From Mycolicibacterium smegmatis (GTDB lineage: Bacteria; Actinomycetota; Actinomycetes; Mycobacteriales; Mycobacteriaceae), in assembly GCF_001457595.1 (NCBI RefSeq), contig NZ_LN831039.1, forward strand, positions 3,240,001 through 3,272,000: a stretch of DNA of 32,000 nucleotides. The letters run 5' to 3'. Below the pieces are notes generated by a model, which saw only the letters and a program-made list of their open reading frames with translations, did no database searches and was not told the origin of the DNA. Below, one piece after another: positions 19,282-31,116 of this stretch. Position 1 is the first letter of the stretch. Each line of letters opens with the position of its first letter. Position numbers and translations under genes: made by a program.

Positions 19282-20136
19282 GTGCCCTTGGTGGAACCGC
19301 CGGACGAATTCCGTCACAATGGTGTTGTGAAATTACGCGGAGGCGCCACGAGTCCGGTCGCGACCGGTCCGTCGGTTCCTGCTGCCGACGAGGTTCCCGG
19401 CGTGATTTCCACAGCGGACGGCCAGACCCGGCGGGCCATCATCAAGCTGCTCCTGGAGGGCCCCATCACCGCGGGCCAGATCGGTGAGCGGCTCGGGATC
19501 TCCGCCGCGGGCGTGCGCCGCCACCTCGACGCATTGATCGAGGCGGGCGACGCGCAGGCCAGCGCCGCCGCGGCGTGGCAGCACACCGGCCGGGGCCGCC
19601 CCGCCAAGCGGTACCGGTTGACCGCGGCGGGACGGGCCAAGCTCGGTCACAGTTACGACGATCTGGCCGTCGCCGCGATCCGGCAACTGCGGGAGATCGG
19701 CGGAAAAGACGCGGTGCGCACGTTCGCCCGACGCCGGATCGACACGATCCTCTCGGGAGTAACCGCGGGGTCCGGTGATGTTGCACAGACTGCCGAGCGT
19801 GTGGCGGACGCGATGACCAAGGCGGGCTACGCGACCACCACGGCACCGGTGAGCGGGCCGATCCGCGGCGTACAGATCTGCCAGCACCACTGTCCGGTGT
19901 CGCACGTGGCCGAGGAATTCCCGGAACTGTGCGAGACGGAGCGCGAGGCGTTCGCCGAGATCCTCGGCACCCACGTGCAGCGCCTGGCCACCATCGTCAA
20001 CGGTGACTGCGCGTGCACCACCCACGTCCCGCTGGACCTCGACCCGCCCGGCGAGCACGCAGACCACCCGAAAGACGTCCGGAGCACAGCCCGCGACCGG
20101 ACGACCACCCCTAGCGATCAAGGAGCGTCGACATGA
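19282..20136 (+). CDS. sufR: SufR-type Fe-S cluster-responsive transcriptional repressor (start 19282 or GTG 19327)
   Basis: Winged [44 protein letters not shown] and C-terminal cysteines [18 protein letters not shown]...CAC; immediately upstream of sufB. Confidence 0.92.
   Translation: MPLVEPPDEFRHNGVVKLRGGATSPVATGPSVPAADEVPGVISTADGQTRRAIIKLLLEGPITAGQIGERLGISAAGVRRHLDALIEAGDAQASAAAAWQHTGRGRPAKRYRLTAAGRAKLGHSYDDLAVAAIRQLREIGGKDAVRTFARRRIDTILSGVTAGSGDVAQTAERVADAMTKAGYATTTAPVSGPIRGVQICQHHCPVSHVAEEFPELCETEREAFAEILGTHVQRLATIVNGDCACTTHVPLDLDPPGEHADHPKDVRSTARDRTTTPSDQGAST
19314..19330. promoter_or_regulatory. Candidate SufR autoregulatory operator
   Basis: Perfect inverted repeat TCACAA-TGGTG-TTGTGA overlapping the alternative GTG start of sufR. 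Confidence 0.45.
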
Positions 20137-21566
20137 CGACCACCCCCGAGACAGCACCACTGACCCAGGAAGAGACCATCGCGTCCCTGGGTAAGTACGG
20201 CTACGGCTGGGCGGATTCCGACGTTGCCGGCGCCAGCGCGCAGCGTGGTCTCAACGAGGCGGTCGTACGCGACATCTCGGCCAAGAAGAACGAGCCCGAG
20301 TGGATGCTCGACATCCGGTTGAAGGCGCTGCGAACCTTCGACAAGAAGCCCATGCCGACCTGGGGATCGGACCTCGACGGCATCGACTTCGACAACATCA
20401 AGTACTTCGTGCGGTCCACCGAGAAGCAGGCGGCCTCGTGGGAGGAACTGCCCGAGGACATCCGCAACACCTACGACAAGCTGGGCATCCCGGAAGCCGA
20501 GAAGCAGCGCCTGGTCTCCGGTGTGGCCGCGCAGTACGAGTCCGAGGTGGTCTACCACCAGATCCGCGAGGACCTCGAGGCCCAGGGCGTCATCTTCCTC
20601 GACACCGACTCCGCGCTGCGTGAGCATCCCGAGATCTTCAAGCAGTACTTCGGCACCGTGATCCCGGCCGGCGACAACAAGTTCTCGGCGCTGAACACCG
20701 CGGTGTGGTCGGGCGGTTCGTTCATCTACGTCCCGCCGGGTGTGCACGTCGACATCCCGCTGCAGGCCTACTTCCGGATCAACACCGAGAACATGGGCCA
20801 GTTCGAGCGCACGCTGATCATCGTCGACGAGGGTGCCTACGTGCACTACGTCGAAGGATGTACCGCGCCCATCTACAAGAGCGACTCGCTGCACTCGGCC
20901 GTCGTCGAGATCATCGTCAAGGCCGGCGGCCGCTGCCGCTACACGACCATCCAGAACTGGTCGAACAACGTCTACAACCTGGTCACCAAGCGTGCCCGCG
21001 CCGAGGCGGGCGCCACCATGGAGTGGATCGACGGCAACATCGGCTCCAAGGTGACCATGAAGTACCCGGCCGTGTGGATGACCGGTGAGCACGCCAAGGG
21101 CGAGGTGCTCTCGGTGGCGTTCGCCGGCGAGGGCCAGCACCAGGACACCGGTGCCAAGATGCTGCACCTCGCGCCGAACACGTCGAGCAACATCGTCTCG
21201 AAGTCGGTCGCGCGAGGCGGCGGACGCGCGTCCTACCGCGGCCTGGTCCAGGTCAACAAGGGAGCACATGGGTCGCGCTCCTCTGTGAAATGCGATGCGC
21301 TGCTGGTCGACACGATCAGCCGGTCCGACACCTACCCGTACGTCGACATCCGCGAGGACGACGTGACGATGGGTCACGAGGCCACGGTGTCCAAGGTCAG
21401 CGAGGATCAGCTGTTCTACCTGATGAGCCGCGGGCTGACCGAGGACGAGGCCATGGCCATGGTGGTCCGCGGCTTCGTCGAGCCGATCGCCAAGGAACTG
21501 CCGATGGAATACGCGCTCGAGCTCAACCGGCTCATCGAGCTTCAGATGGAAGGTGCGGTCGGCTGA
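20133..21566 (+). CDS. sufB: Fe-S cluster assembly scaffold protein SufB, no intein
   Basis: 477 aa uninterrupted ([25 protein letters not shown]...[13 protein letters not shown]); ATGA overlap with sufR. Confidence 0.98.
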   Translation: MTTTPETAPLTQEETIASLGKYGYGWADSDVAGASAQRGLNEAVVRDISAKKNEPEWMLDIRLKALRTFDKKPMPTWGSDLDGIDFDNIKYFVRSTEKQAASWEELPEDIRNTYDKLGIPEAEKQRLVSGVAAQYESEVVYHQIREDLEAQGVIFLDTDSALREHPEIFKQYFGTVIPAGDNKFSALNTAVWSGGSFIYVPPGVHVDIPLQAYFRINTENMGQFERTLIIVDEGAYVHYVEGCTAPIYKSDSLHSAVVEIIVKAGGRCRYTTIQNWSNNVYNLVTKRARAEAGATMEWIDGNIGSKVTMKYPAVWMTGEHAKGEVLSVAFAGEGQHQDTGAKMLHLAPNTSSNIVSKSVARGGGRASYRGLVQVNKGAHGSRSSVKCDALLVDTISRSDTYPYVDIREDDVTMGHEATVSKVSEDQLFYLMSRGLTEDEAMAMVVRGFVEPIAKELPMEYALELNRLIELQMEGAVG

Positions 21567-21568
21567 GT

Positions 21569-22779
21569 ATGGCTTCGCAACTCACACAGGCGTCCGAGGG
21601 TTCCGCGAAGAGCGGCTCGGTGCTCAACCTGAACAAGGGCGAGGTCTTCACCTCGTTCGACGTCAACGCCTTCGAGGTCCCGCACGGGCGCGACGAGATC
21701 TGGCGGTTCACGCCGCTGCGGCGGCTGCGCGGTCTGCACAACGGCACCGCGGGCGCCGACGGCAAGGCGACCGGCAGCGCGCTGATCGAGGTCAGTGAGC
21801 GCCCCGGCGTGACGATCGAGACCGTCGAGCGCGGCGACGAGCGCCTAGGCCAGGGCGGCGTTCCCGCCGATCGTGTCGCCGCACAGGCATTTTCGTCGTT
21901 CAGCAACGCGACGGTGGTCACCGTCGGTCGCAACGTGCAGGTGGACGAGCCCGTCGAGATCACCATCACCGGTCCCGGCGAGGGCAACACGGCCTACGGG
22001 CACGTGCAGGTCCGTGTCGAGGAACTCGGCGAGGCCGTCGTGGTGATCGACCACCGGGGCAGCGGAACCTACGCCGACAACATCGAGTTCGTCGTCGGCG
22101 ACGCCGCGACGCTCAAGGTGGTGTCGATCGCCGACTGGGCCGACGACACCGTCCACGTCAGCACGCACCACGCCACGCTGGGCAAGGACGCGGTGCTGCG
22201 GCACTTCGCGGTCACGCTCGGCGGCGACGTCGCCCGGCTCACCGGACGCGTGCGGTTCGCGGCACCCGGCGGCGACGCCGAACTGCTCGGCCTCTACTTC
22301 GCCGACGACGGTCAGCACTTCGAGTCCCGGTTGCTCGTCGACCACGCCCAACCACACTGCCGCTCACACGTGACGTACAAGGGTGCGCTGCAGGGCGATC
22401 CGGCATCGGACAAGCCCGACACGCACACCGTGTGGGTCGGCGACGTGCTGATCCGCGCCGAGGCCACCGGCACCGACACCTACGAGGTCAACCGCAACCT
22501 GGTGCTGACCGACGGGGCGCGTGCCGACTCGGTGCCCAACCTGGAGATCGAGACCGGTGAGATCGTCGGCGCCGGACACGCAAGCGCCACCGGCCGATTC
22601 GACGACGAGCAGTTGTTCTACCTGCGGGCCCGCGGCATCCCCGAGGATCAGGCGCGCCGTCTGGTGGTGCGCGGGTTCTTCGGCGAACTGATCCAGAAGA
22701 TCGCCGTGCCCGCCGTCCGCGACCGCCTCACCGCGGCCATCGAACACGAACTTGAGCTAACCGAAGGAATCAAGCACTG

Positions 22780-22780
<1 letters not shown>
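21569..22780 (+). CDS. sufD: Fe-S cluster assembly protein SufD
   Basis: MASQLTQASEGSAKSG...VPHGRDEIWRFTPLRRLRG...DEQLFYLRARGIPEDQARRLVVRGFF. Confidence 0.95.
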
Positions 22781-25287
<2,507 letters not shown>

Positions 25288-25291
<4 letters not shown>

Positions 25292-25629
25292 GCGAGCCTG
25301 CTTCCGAGGAGCTGCTCTTCGACATCGAAGAGGCCATGCGCGACGTCGTCGATCCCGAACTCGGCATCAACGTCGTCGATCTCGGTCTGGTGTACGGCAT
25401 GAACGTCGAGCAGGGCGAATCCGGCAAGGTCGCGTTGATCGACATGACGTTGACCTCGGCCGCGTGCCCGCTGACCGACGTGATCGAGGACCAGTCGCGC
25501 ACCGCGCTGGTGGGCGCCGGTCTGGTCGACGAACTGCGGATCAACTGGGTGTGGAACCCGCCGTGGGGACCGGACAAGATCACCGACGACGGGCGCGAGC
25601 AGTTGCGCGCACTCGGTTTCACCGTCTGA
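25288..25629 (+). CDS. sufT: SufT-like MIP18/DUF59 family protein
   Basis: DVVDPELGINVVDLGLVYGMNVE...ALIDMTLTSAACPLTDVIEDQ...NPPWGPDKITDDGREQLRALGFTV. Confidence 0.93.
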
Positions 25630-27000
25630 TCAGTCGTTCGGCAGTAGCACTCGCACCTCGTACGGCGCGAGTTCGACGGAGCCCGAATCCGGTGCAGTGA
25701 CCGTGATGGGTGCGCCGGTCTTGTTGATGATCAGAAGTTTTCGTGTCCCGTCCGGTGTGATGAACCCCTGGGCGTGCACTCGCGGGTCGGGGTGACCCTG
25801 GCGCCCGGTGATCGTCGGGACCACGGCATCCCCGGGCCCGAAGTGCCGCAGCAGGTAGGCCAGGGCGTCGTACCGCGCATTGGGTTTCCCGGTCTCCCAG
25901 TCGATCAGGCTGGCGCCGGGGATCATCGCGGGATAGTCCATGAACTCGGCGACGCCCACCAGGTCGATACCGAGTTCGACCAGTCGCACCCACAGGTAGG
26001 ACTGCACCGCGGCGCTCAACGCCCAGTACTCGTCGGAGATGACGGGCTCGGGGTTCATCAGGTCGGCAGGGAACGTGCCGATCTCGTTGATGAACGTCAA
26101 CGTCTCGGGTGCGATGCGGCGCCGTATGGAGTCGATCAGGCGGACCTGCTCGACGAATCCGTCGGCCTGCGCGAAGTAGATGTCGCGCCAGTGACTTTCC
26201 GGTGCGTTCGGTTCGGGGCGCAGCGGATCGACGATCTCCGGATGAGCGTAGAAGTGGAACGACATGGCGTCGGGTGCGGTGCCGTGGCGATGATTGGCGG
26301 GATCGAGGAACGTCCAGAAGTATTCGGGGTTCTGGTGCTTGTGGGTCAGGGACAGCCCGACGAACTTCATCTCCGGGTCGAGCGGGCGCAACCGGTCGAC
26401 CACCGCGTCGAACAGGGCGGTGTAGGTCTGCGGTGACATGCCGCGCATATCGGGTTCGCACAGCACCTCCCAGAATGCGAAGCGGTAGTGATGTCCCGAT
26501 TCGTGCCACTGCCCGTGCTCGTCGGTGAATCCGCCGGCGATGTACCAGCTCGCAACCCGGTAGAAGTAGTCGGCCACCTCGGACATGGTCGGGTCGCGCA
26601 ACTCGGTGCCGCGCTCGTAATCCCAGACGATGGTGTCCGGATCCTCGGGCACCGCAACGGGATCGGTGAACATCCAGGCGGGAATGGTCGCGAAGTTGGC
26701 CACCACCGGTCGGCCCTCGGTCGCCGCCATGACATCCTCGACGAACGGGTCGAGCAGGCCGAAGTCCCAGTGCGTGGTCTCGGCGGTCGGTGGACTCAGT
26801 TGTGCCACCGACAATCTGGGGTGGGAGAACCACGGCAGGAACCGCACCAGGTCGGCGCGCAGGTCGCGCAGCGCGCCGAATGCGCGTGAGTGGATCGGTG
26901 ACCCCCGGCGCAGCGGGGGAGCGGTCCATACGTGCGTGGTGAGGGTGGTCCGCGACAGCCGGGTGGTGGTCTCCCAGCGGACGTCGATGCCGACCGTCAC
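25630..27000 (-). CDS. Diverged clan GH-A-like TIM-barrel glycoside hydrolase homologue, no signal peptide seen
   Basis: 456 aa; FWEVLCEPDMRG and ETLTFINEIGTF resemble the two catalytic-Glu strand regions of GH-A enzymes; C-terminal small beta-rich region (PDSGSVELAPYEVRVLLP). Confidence 0.65.
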   Translation of the reverse strand: MTVGIDVRWETTTRLSRTTLTTHVWTAPPLRRGSPIHSRAFGALRDLRADLVRFLPWFSHPRLSVAQLSPPTAETTHWDFGLLDPFVEDVMAATEGRPVVANFATIPAWMFTDPVAVPEDPDTIVWDYERGTELRDPTMSEVADYFYRVASWYIAGGFTDEHGQWHESGHHYRFAFWEVLCEPDMRGMSPQTYTALFDAVVDRLRPLDPEMKFVGLSLTHKHQNPEYFWTFLDPANHRHGTAPDAMSFHFYAHPEIVDPLRPEPNAPESHWRDIYFAQADGFVEQVRLIDSIRRRIAPETLTFINEIGTFPADLMNPEPVISDEYWALSAAVQSYLWVRLVELGIDLVGVAEFMDYPAMIPGASLIDWETGKPNARYDALAYLLRHFGPGDAVVPTITGRQGHPDPRVHAQGFITPDGTRKLLIINKTGAPITVTAPDSGSVELAPYEVRVLLPND

Positions 27001-27587
27001 GCGTGCCCTGAAGACGTGGCCGGGAAGCCGAGAGCCGGCAGGATCGCCTGATCGACGATCGCCTCCAGCGCGGAGCCGTCGGGAAGCTCCCCTGTGTCGA
27101 TCTGGTGCTTGATCACCAACGCCTCACCGATATCGCAGACGATCGGGGTGACCGATCGCGGAGCGATCTCACCGGTGGCCGCGTAGTGCTCGATCACGGT
27201 CTGGGTGAAACGGTTGCCGTGGGTGCCGAAGACGTCGCGGTACAGCGCGTCGACCAGATCCGGTCGTCGGCGGCGTTCGGCGAGAACGGCCGCGACCGCC
27301 GGGGCGGCCGGGCCGGACAGCCAGCGCGTCAGCTGATGGAGTGACCGTAGGAGATCGTCCCGAAGGTGACCGCCCTCGACGGTGACTTCCTCACGGGGAC
27401 AGGCCGCGGCGAGGGCGTCGATCAGCAGATCGTCCACCGACGCCCAGTGCCGGTAGACCGATGTCTTGGCCGCCGACGCCCGGCGGGCGACGCCCTCGAC
27501 GGTCAGCCCCGCCAGTCCGGCGACCGCCACCTCGGCCAGCGCCGCGGCTCGGCAGTCCGCCTTGAGTTGGTCTCCGGTTCGCCGCAC
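26997..27587 (-). CDS. TetR-family transcriptional regulator
   Basis: AEVAVAGLAGLTVEGVARRASAAKTSVYRHWASVDDLLIDAL HTH; GTGA overlap with the following GH-like gene. Confidence 0.93.
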   Translation of the reverse strand: MRRTGDQLKADCRAAALAEVAVAGLAGLTVEGVARRASAAKTSVYRHWASVDDLLIDALAAACPREEVTVEGGHLRDDLLRSLHQLTRWLSGPAAPAVAAVLAERRRRPDLVDALYRDVFGTHGNRFTQTVIEHYAATGEIAPRSVTPIVCDIGEALVIKHQIDTGELPDGSALEAIVDQAILPALGFPATSSGHA

Positions 27588-27596
27588 GGGGCCACG

Positions 27597-27632
27597 ATAG
27601 CTACGCAGTCATAGCTACGCAACCGTATCTAT
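27597..27632. promoter_or_regulatory. Candidate TetR operator upstream of the TetR gene
   Basis: ATAGCTACG-CAAC-CGTATCTAT (27611-27632, 8/9 arm match) plus direct repeat ATAGCTACGCA at 27597-27607 and 27611-27621. Confidence 0.6.
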
Positions 27633-27634
27633 CA

Positions 27635-28084
27635 TCAGAGCGCCGCGGCGGCGGCGCGCAGGCGTCCCTCGAGATCGCCGACGCCCGACAGGTACAGCGG
27701 CCCCGCGCCGTCGGCCAGCAGTTTGCGCAGCCGGGCGACACCCCTGGCGTCGACGCGTCGCGGCCTGAGCAGGCGCTCGATGATGTCGTGGATGGTGGCT
27801 TCGGCGGCTCTGATGTTCGCCACGTGAACGGGCACCCGAGGCGTCATCCATACCCGCCGCTCATGAGCGTCGGTGAGGAAACGGCTCAGCGTCCGTGCGA
27901 GGCAACGCCTTTCGTGGTCGGATTCCAGACGCGCGGCGTGGATGGCCAGCGCGGACCCGGGTTTCCCGACGAAACCCAGCGATATTTGGTCGTCGTAGCG
28001 GCCCGCGCACAGCCGTGCGGTGAGCCTTGTGGTCAACGACCCGGTGCCTGCGCTTGTTCTGAGAGTGTCTTGTGTGTATGACAT
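27635..28084 (-). CDS. Hypothetical protein
   Basis: 149 aa from MSYTQDTLRTSAGTG...; Arg-rich, no recognised motif; closest-fitting frame in this interval. Confidence 0.6.
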   Translation of the reverse strand: MSYTQDTLRTSAGTGSLTTRLTARLCAGRYDDQISLGFVGKPGSALAIHAARLESDHERRCLARTLSRFLTDAHERRVWMTPRVPVHVANIRAAEATIHDIIERLLRPRRVDARGVARLRKLLADGAGPLYLSGVGDLEGRLRAAAAAL

Positions 28085-28266
28085 GGGGAGTCTCCTTGCG
28101 ATCGAGTGGGGTGCGGCATGAGGAACTGGGGCATGCCGTAGGAGCGGATGTGCCGTGGGGTCTCGCGGCAGTGCGGATCCTCCGCCACCGCCGTCCACAT
28201 CTCGGTGCCACATCCCGCCAGGGCCAGCGAGCCGGTCAGGAGTGCGGCTGCAATCGGCCGCTTCAC
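28033..28266 (-). CDS. Candidate small lipoprotein
   Basis: GTG-started frame (M)KRPIAAALLTGSLALAGCGTEMWTAVAEDPHCRETPRHIRSYGMPQFLMPHPTRSQ... with n-region, h-region and LAGC lipobox; GTGA overlap with the upstream fadD-like gene. Confidence 0.5.
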   Translation of the reverse strand: MKRPIAAALLTGSLALAGCGTEMWTAVAEDPHCRETPRHIRSYGMPQFLMPHPTRSQGDSPCHTHKTLSEQAQAPGR

Positions 28267-29948
28267 GTCGGCACCGCCTCGGTGGGGGCGGCCGAGTACA
28301 GCGCGTCGATCTCGGCGGTGTACTTCTTCGCGATCTGTGAGCGTTTGAGCTTCATGGTCGGGGTGAGTTCGTCGGAGCCGGGCAACCACTGGGTGGTGAG
28401 CACAACGAAGCGCTTGATCTGCTCGACCCGGGACAGTCGCGCGTTGGCCCGACCGACGTACGCACCGACCGCGGTGTGCAGATGCTCCGCCGTCGGGAAG
28501 TTCTCGGCCTGGGCGGGATCGACGACGATCAGGGCCACGTTGTACGGGCGGCCGTCGCCGATCACGCACGCATGCTCGACGAGAGGCGAACCGAATTCGC
28601 GAACCCGCGCTTCGATGTTCGCCGGTGACATGTTCTTGCCACTGGAGTTGATGATGAGATCCTTCTTGCGGTCGACGATCCGGACCCGGCCGCACCCGTC
28701 GATGCGCGCGACGTCTCCGGTGTGCAGCCAGCCCCGCTCGTCGAGCGCCTCGGCGGTCGCGTCGGGACGGTCGCGGTACCGGGCCATCACCGACGGGCCG
28801 CGGATCAGGAGCTCGCCGTCGTCGGCGACGCGAACCTCGTTGCCCGGCAACGGTCTTCCCACCGATCCGACGTCGTCGACGTCGGCGATGAGGACCGGAC
28901 CCGCGGTCTCGGACATGCCGTAGGTTTCACGCAGCGGGACGCCGAGTTTGTGGAAATACTCGACGACACCGGTAGGGCAGGGCGCCGCACCGGTGAGCGC
29001 GACCTCGATGCGCGCGAGGCCGATGTTGCGCCGGACGCGGAACTTGTCGGCGCCCGATTCGAGATCGCTTGCGGTGATTGCTCTGAGCTTCTCCCAGATG
29101 CGTGGGGGTGCGAAGAAGATCTCGGGTTGCACGTCGCTGAGCATGGGGATGAGGCGCGTCGCGTCGGGGCAGCAGACCACGGTGGAACCGGCCAGGATGT
29201 GCGCGTAGTGGGTGGACACGCGCTCGGCGATGTGCGCCATCGGCAGGTAGGAGACCGACCACATGTCGCAGCGTGCCCCGATGTGGTCGACGATCTCCCG
29301 GGTGGCGCTCATGATGTTGTGATGGGTCAGTTCAACGCCTTTGGGCGCGCCCGTGGTTCCGGAGGTGTAGATCACCGTCGCGATGTCCGACGGCTCCGCG
29401 CGGCATGCATCGAGTGCTTCGTCGACGTCGATCGACTCACCTTCGGCGACCAGGTCTGTCCACGACGGCGTGCCGACGGTGATGACCGTCGATGCCGTCA
29501 GGTCTGAGAGGTTCACGGCCGCGCGCAGCACCCGCACGAACCGGGGTTCGGTGATCAGGATGCGGCACCGCGCATTACGCAGGATCTCCGCAAGCTGTTC
29601 GGGGGCTGACGTGGGGTACAGCGAGAACGGTGTCGCACCCGCGAGCAGTGTGGCCATGTCGGCGATGTGGAACTCGGGGCGGTTGGTGAGCATGAGCCCG
29701 ACGGTCTCACCGCGCTGCAGGCCGGTTGCTCTCAGTTTCGCGGCGGCGCGCAGCGCGGCCGTGCCGTACTCGCGCCAGGTGAACGCCGTCTCGAGTCGCT
29801 CGTCGCGGATGGCGACCGCGTCGCCGAGTTGGCGAACACGGGACGCGAAGATCTCCACGATGGTGGCATCGTCCCGTGTGGCGGACCCGCCGGACATGGC
29901 GAATACTCTCTGTCGACCGGGACTCGACAGGCGATCGGAAGGCGGCAT
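28263..29948 (-). CDS. Long-chain fatty-acid--CoA ligase / AMP-forming acyl-CoA synthetase (FadD-like)
   Basis: ATVIYTSGTTGAPKGVELTHHNI, LRETYGMSETAGP, GWLHTGDVARIDGCGRVRIVDRKKDLIINSSGKNMSPANIE. Confidence 0.95.
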   Translation of the reverse strand: MPPSDRLSSPGRQRVFAMSGGSATRDDATIVEIFASRVRQLGDAVAIRDERLETAFTWREYGTAALRAAAKLRATGLQRGETVGLMLTNRPEFHIADMATLLAGATPFSLYPTSAPEQLAEILRNARCRILITEPRFVRVLRAAVNLSDLTASTVITVGTPSWTDLVAEGESIDVDEALDACRAEPSDIATVIYTSGTTGAPKGVELTHHNIMSATREIVDHIGARCDMWSVSYLPMAHIAERVSTHYAHILAGSTVVCCPDATRLIPMLSDVQPEIFFAPPRIWEKLRAITASDLESGADKFRVRRNIGLARIEVALTGAAPCPTGVVEYFHKLGVPLRETYGMSETAGPVLIADVDDVGSVGRPLPGNEVRVADDGELLIRGPSVMARYRDRPDATAEALDERGWLHTGDVARIDGCGRVRIVDRKKDLIINSSGKNMSPANIEARVREFGSPLVEHACVIGDGRPYNVALIVVDPAQAENFPTAEHLHTAVGAYVGRANARLSRVEQIKRFVVLTTQWLPGSDELTPTMKLKRSQIAKKYTAEIDALYSAAPTEAVPT

Positions 29949-30228
29949 CTTTCACTCTCCAGCTCGGGGTAGATCGTGTTACGAACGGGTGAACGCCGTT
30001 TCGCAGGCTTCGGTTCACTGCGCGGACGACGGCGGATATCACACAGTCAACGGGCCTGCACGCCAACGGAAAAGGCAGAGGAGTTCATAGGCGAAAGCGG
30101 GCCACCCTGAGGACAGGAAAATTCGCTGCGCGAGGTAAGAAACGCTGTTTCGCCGACGTGCCGTGCGGGACGGTCTCTCGTGTGCTGCATCCTGGCCAGT
30201 CACCCGCGGCTGTGAATACACTGTGCGC

Positions 30229-31032
30229 ATGGCGCGCCGAAACGATCCGTTGGCGGAGTTTCTGCGCACGCACCGTGAAAAGCTGCAACCCGACGACGTC
30301 GGGCTGACCAAGGGGCATCGTCGGCGGGTGGCCGGTCTCCGGCGCGAAGAGGTCGCAGGCCTGGCCGGTATCAGCACGGACTACTACCACCGCATCGAGC
30401 AGGGGCGTGAGCGTCCGTCCGATCAGGTGCTCGATGCGCTCGCGCGGGCTCTGCTGCTGAGCCCCGATGCGACGGTGTACATGCGCAATCTGGTGGCGGG
30501 GCGGTCACCCGGCCAGCGCCTGGACAGCAGTGCCAGATCGTTGAATCCCGCGCTGCAGGGCCTGATCGACGGCTGGCCGCAGTCACCGGCGCACATCCAC
30601 GACGCCACGGCGACCGTGGTGATGGCCAATCCGCTCGCCGCGCGGCTGTCGCCGAGTTTCGCCCATGGCGGTAACCCGCTGCGCAGCCTGTTCCTCGAGG
30701 AGCGCAGCCGCGAGTTCTACCGAAACTGGGAAGGGCTGACCGCGTGGGCGGTTCGCTGGTTGCGGGATTTCACCGGGCATCACCCCAGCCCTGGGCTGGA
30801 CGCGATCGTCGACGAGTTGAACCGCGAGAGTGAGCGATTCCGTACCCTGTGGGCCTCCTACGACGTCAAGAAACACACCCGTGGGCTCCTTCTGGTCAAC
30901 CACCCCGATGTGGGCCCGCTCGATCTGCACTTCCAGCACCTGAGCCTGCGGGGCAGCGAGTTCATCATGGTCACGTATTGGGCCGAGCCGTGCTCGCCGT
31001 CAGCCGAGGCGCTGAACCGGTTGATGGGCTGA
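30229..31032 (+). CDS. XRE-family regulator with C-terminal MmyB-like ligand-binding domain
   Basis: KGHRRRVAGLRREEVAGLAGISTDYYHRIEQGRERPSDQVLDALARALLL and C-terminal region with VNHPDVGPLDLHFQHLSLRGSE. ATG at 30229 preferred over upstream 30163. Confidence 0.92.
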   Translation: MARRNDPLAEFLRTHREKLQPDDVGLTKGHRRRVAGLRREEVAGLAGISTDYYHRIEQGRERPSDQVLDALARALLLSPDATVYMRNLVAGRSPGQRLDSSARSLNPALQGLIDGWPQSPAHIHDATATVVMANPLAARLSPSFAHGGNPLRSLFLEERSREFYRNWEGLTAWAVRWLRDFTGHHPSPGLDAIVDELNRESERFRTLWASYDVKKHTRGLLLVNHPDVGPLDLHFQHLSLRGSEFIMVTYWAEPCSPSAEALNRLMG

Positions 31033-31116
31033 TCGGAACCGGACCGACTGGTTGTCGTGAGACCAGGAAAGGTTCGGCCTGGCAACCGCACATCGGTCTG
31101 GCCACCCTGGGGGGTA

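Noticed and set aside
20118-21377. 419-aa minus-strand ORF opposite sufB
   Set aside because: Mirror frame of highly conserved sufB; composition only.
21290-21568. N-terminal extension of the sufD frame in ORF 21290-22780
   Set aside because: Overlaps the 3' end of sufB; ATG at 21569 gives a normal SufD N-terminus.
25619-26929. 436-aa minus-strand alternative frame over the GH-like gene
   Set aside because: Arg/Pro/Ala-rich with no motif; the 25630-27000 frame has protein-like segments and a coupled start.
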